Origin: a virus
Taxonomy: Duplodnaviria; Caudoviricetes
Length of the DNA: 64,000 nucleotides
Strand: one strand, 5' to 3'
IMG/VR virus record: IMGVR_UViG_3300028048_002144
The translations under genes and the position numbers were made by a program. The notes under the pieces are model-generated. The model was given only the letters and a program-made list of their open reading frames with translations. It was not told the origin of the DNA and made no database searches. Of this stretch, positions 9,585 through 19,979 are shown piece by piece (position 1 is the first letter of the stretch; each line of letters starts with the position of its first letter).

Positions 9585-10625
9585 CTAGTATGGATGGCAT
9601 TTATCTTTAAGTACAGTAAACTTAATACCGTATTTTTCAGATAAAGTCTTTAATTCAGCTCCAAAAGCTTTAAGAGAAGCGCTGTTACCATCTAATGAAA
9701 TTTCCATATGGTAATTAGGAGTAGAACTCTTTTTAAGTTCTTCCATCTTTTTCTTTTCAGCTTCTTCTTTTTCTTTTTTTAAGAGTGCTTCTTTTTCAAG
9801 CTGCTCTTTAAGTTCCTTAGCTTTTGCTTCTGCTTCAAGACGAGCTTTTTCAGCCTCTTCACGTTTTCTCTGTTCTTCGGCAAGTCGAAGAGCTTCCTTT
9901 TCTTTAGCCTGGGCCTTAATTCGCTCTTCATCTTCTTTTCGCTTGTTAACAGCAGCCATCATTTCTACACTGAAACCATTAACATCCAAAGTATCATCAG
10001 ACATATACTTGTTTTTCAACATTGCAAAATCTGATTCATTGAATTTCTGCTCTACGATTGTATTTGCAGTAGAAAGCACAATCTTGATCTGATTATCGAG
10101 ATTATCAACCTTATCCTGGGCAGCCTTAAATTCAATTCCCTGGGCCTTAATGTCTTCCTTGATTGCTTTCTTTGTAGTTGTAAGATTAGTAAAGAAATCT
10201 CTTTCTACAAAACGAGACTTGTACTCATCTCTCAATCCTAATTCTTCAGATACTTCAGTAATGCAACTTCTAGCATACTCAAGCTTTTCCTGACGAATCT
10301 TTTCATCATACTGGTCTGTCTGTAGAAGAATAGTTTCTTTTGCTTCGGAAAGAATGTTTTCAATTTCTTTACAGTTTGCATCAAACTCTTTAATAGGCTT
10401 TTCAAGTTCCTTTTTGATTGTTTTTCTGAACTTTTCAATATCAAGAATTGTTCCACCAATCTTCTTTGCATCAGCTTTAGAACTCTTATAATTATCTTCT
10501 GTAATTACAATGTTCTTGTAGGTTTCTACATATTCCAAAGCTTCCTTTTTAGCCTTTTCAAAGTCGCATACAACAGATGGGACTGTGGTTTTTGCATTTG
10601 TAATATCTAAAATTTCGTTGTTCAT
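9585..10625 (-). CDS. DUF1351-like coiled-coil protein (phage/MGE recombination-module associated)
   Basis: Pattern DFEKAK...YKNIVITED...RKTIKKEL.KPIKEF followed by a long charged coiled coil. Confidence 0.65.
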   Translation of the reverse strand: MNNEILDITNAKTTVPSVVCDFEKAKKEALEYVETYKNIVITEDNYKSSKADAKKIGGTILDIEKFRKTIKKELEKPIKEFDANCKEIENILSEAKETILLQTDQYDEKIRQEKLEYARSCITEVSEELGLRDEYKSRFVERDFFTNLTTTKKAIKEDIKAQGIEFKAAQDKVDNLDNQIKIVLSTANTIVEQKFNESDFAMLKNKYMSDDTLDVNGFSVEMMAAVNKRKEDEERIKAQAKEKEALRLAEEQRKREEAEKARLEAEAKAKELKEQLEKEALLKKEKEEAEKKKMEELKKSSTPNYHMEISLDGNSASLKAFGAELKTLSEKYGIKFTVLKDKCHPY

Positions 10626-10730
10626 GAGTTTCTCCTTTCATACTTTAAAAATATCAATTTTAATATGAAAGATTTTTAAGATAAAAATGAAGGGCTAAAA
10701 AGCCCTTCATTTAATATATTTTTATGGCGT

Positions 10731-11717
10731 TTAGTTAAAACATTTTTCACGAGTCAATTTATTTAATTCTTCAAGTACATCTGCATGTGAATTAAGGTAT
10801 TCTTTCACGTTTTCTCTTCCCTGGAATCTTTCTCCATTAGGTAATGTAAACCAAGCACCACTTTTTTCAATGATATCGTAATCGCATGCTAGATCAACAA
10901 GTTCTCCAGTAGTATCAATACCTTTGCCAAAAGTTATTTCTACTTGTGCTTTTCTAAAAGGTGGAGCTACCTTATTCTTTACTGTTTTAATAGTTACTTC
11001 ATTAGAAACAAGTTCTCCATCTTTCTTAATACTTCCAGTTCGTCTAATATCCAAACGTACAGAAGAGTAAAATTTAAGTGCACGACCTCCACAAGTTGTT
11101 TCTGGATTTCCAAACATAATTCCTACTTTTTCTCGAAGCTGATTAATGAAAATAACTGTACAACGAGTCTTAGAAACTATAGCTGTAAGTTTTCTTAATG
11201 CCTGAGACATAAGCCTTGCCTGGAGTCCAACATGCGCATCACCCATATCTCCATCAATTTCAGCTTTAGGAACGAGCGCAGCTACGGAATCTACTACAAT
11301 AAGATCTACTGCTCCAGAACGAACCAGCATTTCTGCGATTTCTAATGCCTGTTCTCCGCAGTCTGGCTGAGAAATATAAAGATTATCAGTATCTACACCA
11401 ATATTTTTAGCATAGACAGGATCAAGTGCGTGTTCTGCGTCAATAAAAGCTGCAACTCCACCAGTTTTTTGTACCTCAGCTACACAATGTAAGGCGATAG
11501 TTGTTTTACCACTACTTTCTGGACCGAACATTTCAATAATTCTACCCCTCGGAATTCCACCAACGCCTAAAGCAACATCAAGAGCAAGAGAACCAGATGA
11601 AAAAGTTTCTACATTCATATCTGTAGAATCTCCAAGCATCATGATTGCACCTTTGCCATACTGCTTATTGATTTGCTCAATAGCGGTGTTTAAAACTTTT
11701 TCTTTATCTTTGTTCAT
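10731..11717 (-). CDS. recA: Recombinase RecA
   Basis: [42 protein letters not shown] and KNKVAPPF. Probable start at 11717 (MNKDKE, GAGGT RBS). Confidence 0.98.
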   Translation of the reverse strand: MNKDKEKVLNTAIEQINKQYGKGAIMMLGDSTDMNVETFSSGSLALDVALGVGGIPRGRIIEMFGPESSGKTTIALHCVAEVQKTGGVAAFIDAEHALDPVYAKNIGVDTDNLYISQPDCGEQALEIAEMLVRSGAVDLIVVDSVAALVPKAEIDGDMGDAHVGLQARLMSQALRKLTAIVSKTRCTVIFINQLREKVGIMFGNPETTCGGRALKFYSSVRLDIRRTGSIKKDGELVSNEVTIKTVKNKVAPPFRKAQVEITFGKGIDTTGELVDLACDYDIIEKSGAWFTLPNGERFQGRENVKEYLNSHADVLEELNKLTREKCFN

Positions 11718-11818
11718 AAAATACCTCACTTAGGTTTTTGACTACATATTTAATATGACTTGAAGAAAGCGTTTTTCATTGTTTTTAGTAATAAAAAAAG
11801 TGCTAATAATAGCACTTT

Positions 11819-12637
11819 TTATATGTATTTAATTTTCTTTTTTATTTCTTGAATCTCCTTCAATTGTTTCTTTAACGTAGTAATATTTTTGGCATCCTCT
11901 TTGGTCTTTGCTTCTTTGAAATTAGCTATTAGTTCCTTTACTTCTTTTTCTTTACTATTTGCTGCATCTTTTACAATATTTTTGTATACTTTAGGAGATT
12001 CGCAGTACAAATTTTGAAGACTAATAGGGTTTCTAACTGGAGTACCATATTCTACAGTAAAGAATTTGTTTTCTTTTTTTACAGCCGGTTTTTGATTGAT
12101 AAAATCCATGAAATTATTGTATGTAGGTTTTTCATCTAGGCTATTAGAATTAAGTGTGAATATTTTCTTCTGTTTATTAGTTTTATTTACAAAAGAAATG
12201 TCATCATAAGCTATATTCTCTAGCTGATTGAAGCATAATCCAATGGTTTCTAGCTCTTTAATGTTTAATAGCTTGCTTGAACTAATTCCATTTTCATACA
12301 TTTTACTAGCTTCTTTACCACCAGCAATAAATTCAAGAATTTTAGGATAGTCACTAACAATATCCCAGCCCATCTTATCGGCTACCATTTCAGCTAAAGA
12401 TACTGTTTTGCCACATACAAAACAATGCATTCCCTTAAAAACAGTTCCATCGCTTCTTTGATGTACGATAAGACTTGTACCAGATGAGTTATGATCATTA
12501 TGATATATACAAAGAAGATTGCAATGATTACCATTTGGCTCTAATTTTTTAGAATTATACTCATCTAAAGTAAATCCTGCTCTCTGTAATACATCTAACA
12601 TATCACAATTAGCAATAATACTATTACTATCTAACAT
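11819..12637 (-). CDS. CHC2 zinc-finger protein (DnaG-type Zn-binding domain without TOPRIM)
   Basis: CIYHNDH...HCFVCG near the N-terminus; no primase catalytic motifs recognised. Confidence 0.6.
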   Translation of the reverse strand: MLDSNSIIANCDMLDVLQRAGFTLDEYNSKKLEPNGNHCNLLCIYHNDHNSSGTSLIVHQRSDGTVFKGMHCFVCGKTVSLAEMVADKMGWDIVSDYPKILEFIAGGKEASKMYENGISSSKLLNIKELETIGLCFNQLENIAYDDISFVNKTNKQKKIFTLNSNSLDEKPTYNNFMDFINQKPAVKKENKFFTVEYGTPVRNPISLQNLYCESPKVYKNIVKDAANSKEKEVKELIANFKEAKTKEDAKNITTLKKQLKEIQEIKKKIKYI

Positions 12638-12740
12638 TTGTAAGCTCTCCTTTCATACTTAAAATTCTATTTTAAATATGAATTATTTTTAGAAAAAAAT
12701 AACTACCAACAAAAGTCGGTAGCTATTTTTATATTCAATA

Positions 12741-13790
12741 TTAAATTTTCCATAACAAGTTTTCGTTTTCTGCACTATCTTCAATTCTCTGAATAGAGAT
12801 TCTGGAATTAGCAGCAGTGTTTTTAATGCTCTTAGGCGTATCTTTCTTAAGTGCCTGTCTTACACATGGCAAGTTTCTAATATGTTTCTCAACTTCATTA
12901 TAAAGAGCATTTACTTTTTCCTTAGTAATGAACTCTCTATTATTATCCTGGACAATGAGATATTCATAACCAGCATCCTTTACAAGCTGTAGAAATTCTG
13001 GATCCTTGCCAATTTTATCAGCATTATATTTCATGTCAGGTGTATTTAGGATACTGTTTTTGGCCATAAGAAGAAATCTTTCATAAGGAAGAAGGCTCTG
13101 TAAAATACTATTTAAAAATTCATTCTGCTCTTTCTTAAAAAATTCTTCTTCGGGATTTCCAAAACTAGATGTTTTATCTAGTGTTGTCGTATCCAATTCC
13201 TCAATCTGAGTAAATCTTTCAGCTTCAAGTGCGCCTTCGATCTGTGCGGTAGTTAATCCAGTTTCTTCCTGGAGCATCTTAACAGTAATATCTTCTCGGT
13301 CAATTCCCTGCTTTTCATAAGCATCAAAGATTTTATGTAATCTAGGAATAATTTCGTTATGATACTGAGATAGATTTAATTTCTGTCTAACTGCTCTTGT
13401 GCCACCGTGGAGACTATGTAAATTTGTAAAAGTAGTAATTGCATGTTTGCCATCATACTTTCTAAAATTGTTGATATTCTCCATGATAGCTTCTGATACA
13501 ATATCTGCGCCCCACTCACTATCGTTACTTGAGGACATATAATTGCTGAACTTCTTTAGGCAAAAACCATTGATATAAGCACCTACCTGATCATAAAAAA
13601 TAGTGTTAATTGCGGTGATAAGTTCAGGATCCTGTGAAGATACATCTTTGTCTAATTCTTTATCTACAATCTGCGCTAGACGAAAAAAATACATATTCGA
13701 ATTATTTATTTCGGCTGCTGTTTCCTTTAGAAAAGGAAACTTTTTAAGATAGATGCGCTGAGATGTAGATTTGATTGTTTTCTTTCCCAC
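12741..13790 (-). CDS. Divergent sigma70-family RNA polymerase sigma factor (SigB/F/G/FliA-like layout)
   Basis: Region 2-like DIVSEAIMENINNFRKYDGKHAITTF, region 3 HTH-like TVKMLQEETGLTTAQIEGAL, region 4.1-like NPEEEFFKKEQNEFLNSILQSLLPYERFLL. Probable GTG start at 13790 behind GAGGAGGT. Confidence 0.65.
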   Translation of the reverse strand: MGKKTIKSTSQRIYLKKFPFLKETAAEINNSNMYFFRLAQIVDKELDKDVSSQDPELITAINTIFYDQVGAYINGFCLKKFSNYMSSSNDSEWGADIVSEAIMENINNFRKYDGKHAITTFTNLHSLHGGTRAVRQKLNLSQYHNEIIPRLHKIFDAYEKQGIDREDITVKMLQEETGLTTAQIEGALEAERFTQIEELDTTTLDKTSSFGNPEEEFFKKEQNEFLNSILQSLLPYERFLLMAKNSILNTPDMKYNADKIGKDPEFLQLVKDAGYEYLIVQDNNREFITKEKVNALYNEVEKHIRNLPCVRQALKKDTPKSIKNTAANSRISIQRIEDSAENENLLWKI

Positions 13791-13797
13791 GATTTTA

Positions 13798-14007
13798 TTA
13801 CCTCCTCGTTTCAAGAAAAATTTTGTTTGCTTTTTCCAAAATATCTTTTTCTTTTTGTTTAACTTGAGCCACATCGTTATATAATTCTCTCATTGTAGAA
13901 TCATTGATGTTATGCTCACGCATATAAAGTTCAGCGGAAGTAAAAAAATCTTTATTTTTGTCATTATTTTCTATGAAGGATTGTAACAATACATCTTCCT
14001 GTGTCAT
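13798..14007 (-). CDS. Small protein cotranscribed upstream of the sigma factor
   Basis: Probable start MTQEDV at 14007 behind AAAGGAG; stop abuts the sigma RBS. Confidence 0.6.
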   Translation of the reverse strand: MTQEDVLLQSFIENNDKNKDFFTSAELYMREHNINDSTMRELYNDVAQVKQKEKDILEKANKIFLETRR

Positions 14008-14134
14008 AAAGACTCCTTTCTTTTGAACTTTAAAAATAATATGACCAAAAATAAACAAAAATTAGTGTGGGTAATTCGCTCGAATGAGCTGATAATGTAT
14101 AGGATATTTTTATTAATATATTTAAACCTTATTC

Positions 14135-14177
14135 ATTATAATTTGTTATTATAGAAATTGCAACATTTTTTTTGCAA
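14135..14177 (-). promoter_or_regulatory. Tandem sigmaA-type promoters upstream of the sigma operon
   Basis: Minus-strand TTGCAA(14163-14158)-17 bp-TATAAT(14140-14135) and TTGCAA(14177-14172)-18 bp-TATAAT(14153-14148). Confidence 0.6.
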
Positions 14178-14224
14178 ATATAAAAGAGCGCTTTATTGCT
14201 TTGCGCTCTTCTATATTCTTATAT

Positions 14225-15460
14225 CTAAAATCCTTTAATTCTGAAGTTTTGCTCTTTCTGGTTTCTATTATATGAATTCTTATAATATTCTTGAATCCTT
14301 GCTTCAACATCATCTAGGTTTTTGCAGAATTCTTTATTGATTTCTTTTTTAGCATCATCAGATAGATATGCGTAATTATATAAATCATTCATTATTTCAT
14401 CTAAAGTATTATTTGGAAGTAACCTAGATTTATATTCAGCAAATTTACCGGACTTATATAAGTATTTTTCACGTTTTTTAAATATCTCAGTCTTTTTAGA
14501 GTGTTCTTGATAGAATGATTCTGGGAAAAAGGCATTTCCAAAATCAAAAAGTGGTGCTGGGCCTATATAATCTCCAGTATTTACATCTCTCAAGAAACCA
14601 AAATTACCTAAATGTCTATCGAAGTTCATAGTCAGTCTATCAACGATAATCATTTTGTCTATGAATTCTTTAGCATGTGGGATCTCAAAACGTTCTATGC
14701 ATCTTATAAGAACATCATAAGTATGTTCTGCAGTATTTTGCATTTCTTCTTTTTTTAAAGGAATCTGCCTATATAAATACCATGCTGGTACAAATTCAGT
14801 ATTCTCATTTACGAAATTTTCGCAGATACTACATACTTCATATCCTTCTATACGTAGTTCATATTTAACAAAATCAATAATATTAATCTTTCCTAATAAC
14901 TTGCTTACAAGATACTCATTTAAAGGTTCCTGGCAAAAATCTTTAGACATACTCTTTATCAAATAGTTTTTACCGTTTTCCTTAACCCATTTTTTCTTTA
15001 GTAGGCCATTAGTAGTTAACTCTGGTGCATTATGGTCCAAGTTTATTCTAGGCAGATTAACGATATTTTTTGAGAATGTAGTATCACCAAATACTGTTTT
15101 AAAATTATTGGTGAAAAAGTTGTATTTATCCCATGTTTCAGTATCTCTGTATTTAACCCAGTATTGATCAGTCATAGAAAAGAAATGTGGTTGTGTGCTA
15201 TCTGGATCCCAGTATACACTTTTACCAGTAGGGAAGTCATATCTGTTTTCTGAAATGATCCTTTTCTTAAACCAATAATTTAAGGCTTCAACACATTCGT
15301 TTGCATCAATAATACAAGGTGGTGCTAATTTCTTATTTATTATTTCTGCTTTATCAATATGAAAATATGGAATGTTTAATGCATTTCTTTGTATTTCGCC
15401 ATTTAATTTTACCACTTCTGTATTTTTATTCATAAGTGTTGCGGATATTTTATTTGCCAT
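14225..15460 (-). CDS. HipA/CtkA-family Ser/Thr kinase
   Basis: PELTTNGLLKKKW, YLIK, EPLNE, catalytic NFDRHLGNFG and APLFDFG motifs. Confidence 0.85.
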   Translation of the reverse strand: MANKISATLMNKNTEVVKLNGEIQRNALNIPYFHIDKAEIINKKLAPPCIIDANECVEALNYWFKKRIISENRYDFPTGKSVYWDPDSTQPHFFSMTDQYWVKYRDTETWDKYNFFTNNFKTVFGDTTFSKNIVNLPRINLDHNAPELTTNGLLKKKWVKENGKNYLIKSMSKDFCQEPLNEYLVSKLLGKINIIDFVKYELRIEGYEVCSICENFVNENTEFVPAWYLYRQIPLKKEEMQNTAEHTYDVLIRCIERFEIPHAKEFIDKMIIVDRLTMNFDRHLGNFGFLRDVNTGDYIGPAPLFDFGNAFFPESFYQEHSKKTEIFKKREKYLYKSGKFAEYKSRLLPNNTLDEIMNDLYNYAYLSDDAKKEINKEFCKNLDDVEARIQEYYKNSYNRNQKEQNFRIKGF

Positions 15461-15474
15461 AACAGTCTCCTAAA

Positions 15475-17178
15475 TTAAATCTCGATCGTGTCAGCACAAA
15501 GGATATCATCTTGCCACCAAGTTAGAATCTGATATTTATGCTGGCAATCATCAGTTGTATATTGCGTAATAGAATTAGGCATTGAGTGCATAATATCGAA
15601 ATTCTCTCCATCATGTTTATCAATACAAATCAAACATGGTGCAGCTCCGTTAGTATTATTTCTCGTTGATGTAGGCACGATATGGATTAATAGATCATCC
15701 TTTTTAATAACAAGATGTCCGAATCCAGTACCTTTCTTATCGTCAGAACGTACTTCTATTAAGTTAGAGTTTATATTGTAGCCCATAGCTGCAGTTGTAG
15801 ATCCAGGAACAATATATGTTCTGAAATTTCCATCAGCAAATGAACCTCTTACAATAAAAGAGTTATCTCCAATATTGATATCAATAGAAGTTCTGCCAGG
15901 TTCACTTACATATGCATACTGATTATTTGCACTGTCTACAAACAATGCCATGATTTTAGGGTTAGGGTTTGAATCAGACATTTTAAGTGGCGCAATAAGT
16001 GCTCTATACTTATCTCCATTAGTTGCTCCAGGAGATAACACCTCTAAATCGTATAAGTTATACACAAAGGTATTTAAACTTTTAGCAGTGCTAAAATCAT
16101 TGTTATAGATATCATCATTTGCTTCTTCTATCTTCTTGCTAACACTGTTTACATGCAAATCAAAAGATTCTAATTTTGATGCATCAACTTCGGCAGTCTT
16201 ATTATCTGGTACAATTTCTTCAATGGTAGAAGTAAGTGCATCTCTATCATAATGTGGATGTGCTTTTTTGTATTCAGCCTTATCAGAATACATTCTTCGA
16301 TCAGATTCTTCTTCGATTTCTTTTATGGTCATTTGTCCATCGCCTACGCAAAAGCCGGCAGAAATAGAATATTTGACACCATCTTCATCTTCATTTGTGA
16401 GTTGCTCTAATCTATCTTTTACGATTTGGATTTTATTTGTAGCTACAACCTGTCCCATTCCATCTACTAATACAGAGAACTCGTCACCACCGACTCTATA
16501 TACATGCTCTTCGCCAAAGGTTTCTTTTAAAACTTTGGATATGCCAGTAAGCAGAATATTTCCATAAGAATGACCATATGTATCATTAATCATTTTTAGG
16601 TTATTAGCATCAAAAGAAAAAACGCCAAGTGTAGAGATAGGGATCTTTTTAATATCATTAGCATAAGCATGTCTATTTAAAAGTCCCGTTAATTCATCAT
16701 GAATATAATATTGTTTTAGTTTAGCATTCTCTTCTTTTATTTTCTGAATAGTTAATGCATCTTCTGCTGATATATTGGAAGTAAGATTATCGTTTTCAGT
16801 CTCGTTTAACAATGTAAACTGTTCCTGGTTAATAGGCTCGATTACATTAAAATCTTTTGCAATATCTTTATAATCTTCTCCCAGGATCTTTTTGATTTTA
16901 TTAGCATCACTTTCATACTTAACAGAATCGATCATTATTGAAATCTTATCATTCGTGCCATTGACTGACTTGATGTAATCGGCTTTCAACCCTTCACGTA
17001 GTAACCCCGCAAAGATTAATGACTCTATATCAATAATTTCGTTTAACTGCTTTTCAGAAAGGTTATTCTGGAAAACAGCAATTTGCTCATTCTTTTTTAA
17101 TGAATTATTCTGCTGGAGCATGTTTAAGTAATAATGCTTTTTATTTAAAATAGAGTTAGTTACTTTTATATTACTCAT
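15475..17178 (-). CDS. Diguanylate cyclase (central GGDEF domain, unknown flanking domains)
   Basis: HDELTGLLNR, DANNLKMINDTYGH and YRVGGDEF. Confidence 0.9.
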   Translation of the reverse strand: MSNIKVTNSILNKKHYYLNMLQQNNSLKKNEQIAVFQNNLSEKQLNEIIDIESLIFAGLLREGLKADYIKSVNGTNDKISIMIDSVKYESDANKIKKILGEDYKDIAKDFNVIEPINQEQFTLLNETENDNLTSNISAEDALTIQKIKEENAKLKQYYIHDELTGLLNRHAYANDIKKIPISTLGVFSFDANNLKMINDTYGHSYGNILLTGISKVLKETFGEEHVYRVGGDEFSVLVDGMGQVVATNKIQIVKDRLEQLTNEDEDGVKYSISAGFCVGDGQMTIKEIEEESDRRMYSDKAEYKKAHPHYDRDALTSTIEEIVPDNKTAEVDASKLESFDLHVNSVSKKIEEANDDIYNNDFSTAKSLNTFVYNLYDLEVLSPGATNGDKYRALIAPLKMSDSNPNPKIMALFVDSANNQYAYVSEPGRTSIDINIGDNSFIVRGSFADGNFRTYIVPGSTTAAMGYNINSNLIEVRSDDKKGTGFGHLVIKKDDLLIHIVPTSTRNNTNGAAPCLICIDKHDGENFDIMHSMPNSITQYTTDDCQHKYQILTWWQDDILCADTIEI

Positions 17179-17189
17179 ACAAATCCTTC

Positions 17190-17921
17190 CTACTGTAAAC
17201 TACTAAAAATCTTTTTCGAGAGTTTCAGATCAAATTTTTTCCCTAGAATTGTATTAGAAGATATATCAAACCATAAACCTTCTATTTTTTTATTGTTATT
17301 CATTTTCTCAAGTATTTCTTTAAAAGAAACTACTATAGGCTTATAGCCATCTTTTTCGATATGATTATTCTGGTTATTTATGAAATTGTAATATTCTGAG
17401 GAATCAGTAAAAGCTAAATAATATTCTTTATCAGCATCCTGGTAGGTTGCATATTCAATTTTGCACCCATTTACTTTTCCTGGCACTACAAAATTAAATC
17501 TGGCCAATTTCTTATAAAACTTCTTCATTTTTGTTCGTTTTAAAAAGAAAAGAATTTCTTTAGCATATTTATTAGGATATTTGGAAACTGCCTCAGAATA
17601 TGGTTCATTTCGTCTTTCTCTCAACATAGAAGCTGGCACAATATCACCATTAGGCAGTTTAATATCTCTAACCATAAAATTATTAACGATTTCTTTTATC
17701 TGTATGATTGTATAATTATTCGCATGCATAGAATATGGTATTCTATGGTTCATATCCTGCAAATTAATGGTTGCAGCATTTTCTTTTTTAGCTAACTCTA
17801 ATTCTAAATAGGTTTCTGATGTTTTAGCATCTTTGCAAATATTAATGAATAAATATACTGGATCGCCATTTTTTAATTCATTAAAAATATTAGAAACCTG
17901 ATTTTGTTGGATTGTACTCAT
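17190..17921 (-). CDS. SseB-like domain protein
   Basis: FVVP...YYLAFTDSSEY...EGLWFD resembles the SseB N-terminal family. Confidence 0.45.
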   Translation of the reverse strand: MSTIQQNQVSNIFNELKNGDPVYLFINICKDAKTSETYLELELAKKENAATINLQDMNHRIPYSMHANNYTIIQIKEIVNNFMVRDIKLPNGDIVPASMLRERRNEPYSEAVSKYPNKYAKEILFFLKRTKMKKFYKKLARFNFVVPGKVNGCKIEYATYQDADKEYYLAFTDSSEYYNFINNQNNHIEKDGYKPIVVSFKEILEKMNNNKKIEGLWFDISSNTILGKKFDLKLSKKIFSSLQ

Positions 17922-17931
17922 AAAAATACTC

Positions 17932-18642
17932 CTATTTGATTATGTCTGAGAACTTAAGAAGTTTATCCTTTTTCTGCATAATGTAATGATTTCTGAGATA
18001 AAGGATTTCTACCTGGTTCTCTTCTTTAAGTGAAAAATGGAAATATGATAACGGAGAATCATAGAAAATCTTCATTGCATCATAAAGTTTATGCTTTTTA
18101 ATAAAATCATATCCTTCATCACTACTAAAGAAATCATATAAATCATAAATATCCATCTGAGCAGATAAATACTTCTCGATCAATAAACATAGTAATTCGT
18201 TTGCAATAAAAATCCCATCTTCTTCGCTGAATAAAGAAGGTAAATAAGTATCATGGTTGTTTTCTACATTCATAAAAAGTTTTTTAATGTTTTTCTTTTT
18301 ATTTTGATTAGCATATTCTGGGTAACATAAATTAATTATGTATTCAATCTTATTTTTACGATATGATTTAGGAATTTTAATATAATTTCTGATAATTTTG
18401 TCTAGTTTAAGATGCTTTAATACATTATCGTTTAAGTATTTTTTAGCTTCATCTGGAGTAAGATATAAAATATTTTCAATTGCATATTTTATAATTATGA
18501 TAGCAGTCTTTTGATTTTTCTTTTTTATACTATCACTAAAAACGCCATTTTCACTTTTTCTAAAAATATAGCCTGATAATTGTTCTATAGTTGGGCTAAG
18601 CAGCAAAGCTTCGTATTCTGAGTAAATATCAATTTTTCGCAT
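17932..18642 (-). CDS. DUF4046-like helical repeat protein
   Basis: IIKYAIENIL.LTP...LKHLKL...YP pattern repeated twice in degenerate form. Confidence 0.45.
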   Translation of the reverse strand: MRKIDIYSEYEALLLSPTIEQLSGYIFRKSENGVFSDSIKKKNQKTAIIIIKYAIENILYLTPDEAKKYLNDNVLKHLKLDKIIRNYIKIPKSYRKNKIEYIINLCYPEYANQNKKKNIKKLFMNVENNHDTYLPSLFSEEDGIFIANELLCLLIEKYLSAQMDIYDLYDFFSSDEGYDFIKKHKLYDAMKIFYDSPLSYFHFSLKEENQVEILYLRNHYIMQKKDKLLKFSDIIK

Positions 18643-18973
18643 TTTTTACCTCTTCTATTTCATAAAACAGTTCTTCAATATACTGATACAGATAATCAGA
18701 TATTTTGATTTTTTCTTTATCGTCCGGATCTGTTATAGATGCTTTAATAGATTCATTTAGATAAATTAGAAAAGGTAAACTTTCTTTTGTTTTTCTTTTA
18801 TTAAATTTCCACACGTTATTATCTAGCCCGTTACTACCAGTCTTTTTCTTCTCTTCCAAATGAGCGAAGATAATATCATTAATTGTAGGAGTATACCCTA
18901 CAATATAAGGAACTTTATTGATATTCTTTTCAATCTTCTTAGTTTGTTTCTCGTAATACTTTTCAAATGTCAT
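18629..18973 (-). CDS. Hypothetical protein
   Basis: AGGAGGAG RBS; overlaps the next gene. Confidence 0.65.
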   Translation of the reverse strand: MTFEKYYEKQTKKIEKNINKVPYIVGYTPTINDIIFAHLEEKKKTGSNGLDNNVWKFNKRKTKESLPFLIYLNESIKASITDPDDKEKIKISDYLYQYIEELFYEIEEVKNAKN

Positions 18974-18989
18974 AAAAAGTAGCTCCTCC

Positions 18990-19979
18990 TTACAGCCAGA
19001 ATACCGGTTTAATTATTTCTCTTGAATCTGCGTCAACCAAAATGCCCGAATTAGTATAAATAGTTTTAGCTGGTAATCCGAAGTCTCTAGCATAATGAGA
19101 AAAACAACGTTTTACATTTGTTAGATCAACACCATACATATCTTCGACTTTTTCTACAGTATCTCTATTGCAAATAGAATTCTTATCTGCAGATTCGCAT
19201 AATTCTTCTAGTGTGATAATTGAAGTAAACGCATCAGTTAAACATTTAGTTCTATATCCTACTGTGATGAAATTATCATCCATAATGGGTTCTATTTTAG
19301 GCATTAGGTCTGGGAATTCTTTTTTAGATTCTAATAGAATATTAGCCTTATCCTCAGTCATTTCCTCATGTTTGACTAACCAGTATTCTTTATCAATAAT
19401 ATCCCAGTATTTTGTTTTAGATCCATTCGTACAAAAGTCTGGAGTATTATAAGATACGTTATCTTTAATTTCGCAGCTTTCAGATAATACTGCATGCTTG
19501 AAATCTAATGCGAAACCATTTTTAACGAAATCCATATGTAAGTATTTACTTTTAGGAATAATCTCTTTATTAGATAATCCATTATGTACTGGCAAATCTA
19601 AAAATACCTGGGTTACAGGATTTTTCTCCCTATCTCTAGTAAGAGGAGTAAGCCAATACTTATCAGTCATACTTCTACTCATAGAAAGAAAGCCCATAAG
19701 TTCCATTTGGGCTTTAGTATTTAACGGTATTTCGATAGGAGTAGAAGACATTATCCTGGCGATTTTATCGAGATCAGGTCTATCTCTTGGAATTAGTCTC
19801 TTCTTCAACCAGTATTCTAATGATTTTGCTAAATAGTATTTAGGTGAATTTTGTAATAATAACGGAAGTCTGTTCTCGTTATATATTGCAGGAACTGACA
19901 TTACCCTAAAACCATTTTCGGATATCTTAATGTCAGCTAAAAGAACATTAAATCGTCTATCTTTAAGTAAAAAATACAT
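18990..19979 (-). CDS. Degenerate HipA-like kinase paralogue (probable pseudokinase)
   Basis: Shares YWLKKR, SMTDKYW and PDFCTNGSKTKYW with 14225-15460 but lacks DRH and DFG. Probable start MYFLLK at 19979. Confidence 0.6.
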   Translation of the reverse strand: MYFLLKDRRFNVLLADIKISENGFRVMSVPAIYNENRLPLLLQNSPKYYLAKSLEYWLKKRLIPRDRPDLDKIARIMSSTPIEIPLNTKAQMELMGFLSMSRSMTDKYWLTPLTRDREKNPVTQVFLDLPVHNGLSNKEIIPKSKYLHMDFVKNGFALDFKHAVLSESCEIKDNVSYNTPDFCTNGSKTKYWDIIDKEYWLVKHEEMTEDKANILLESKKEFPDLMPKIEPIMDDNFITVGYRTKCLTDAFTSIITLEELCESADKNSICNRDTVEKVEDMYGVDLTNVKRCFSHYARDFGLPAKTIYTNSGILVDADSREIIKPVFWL

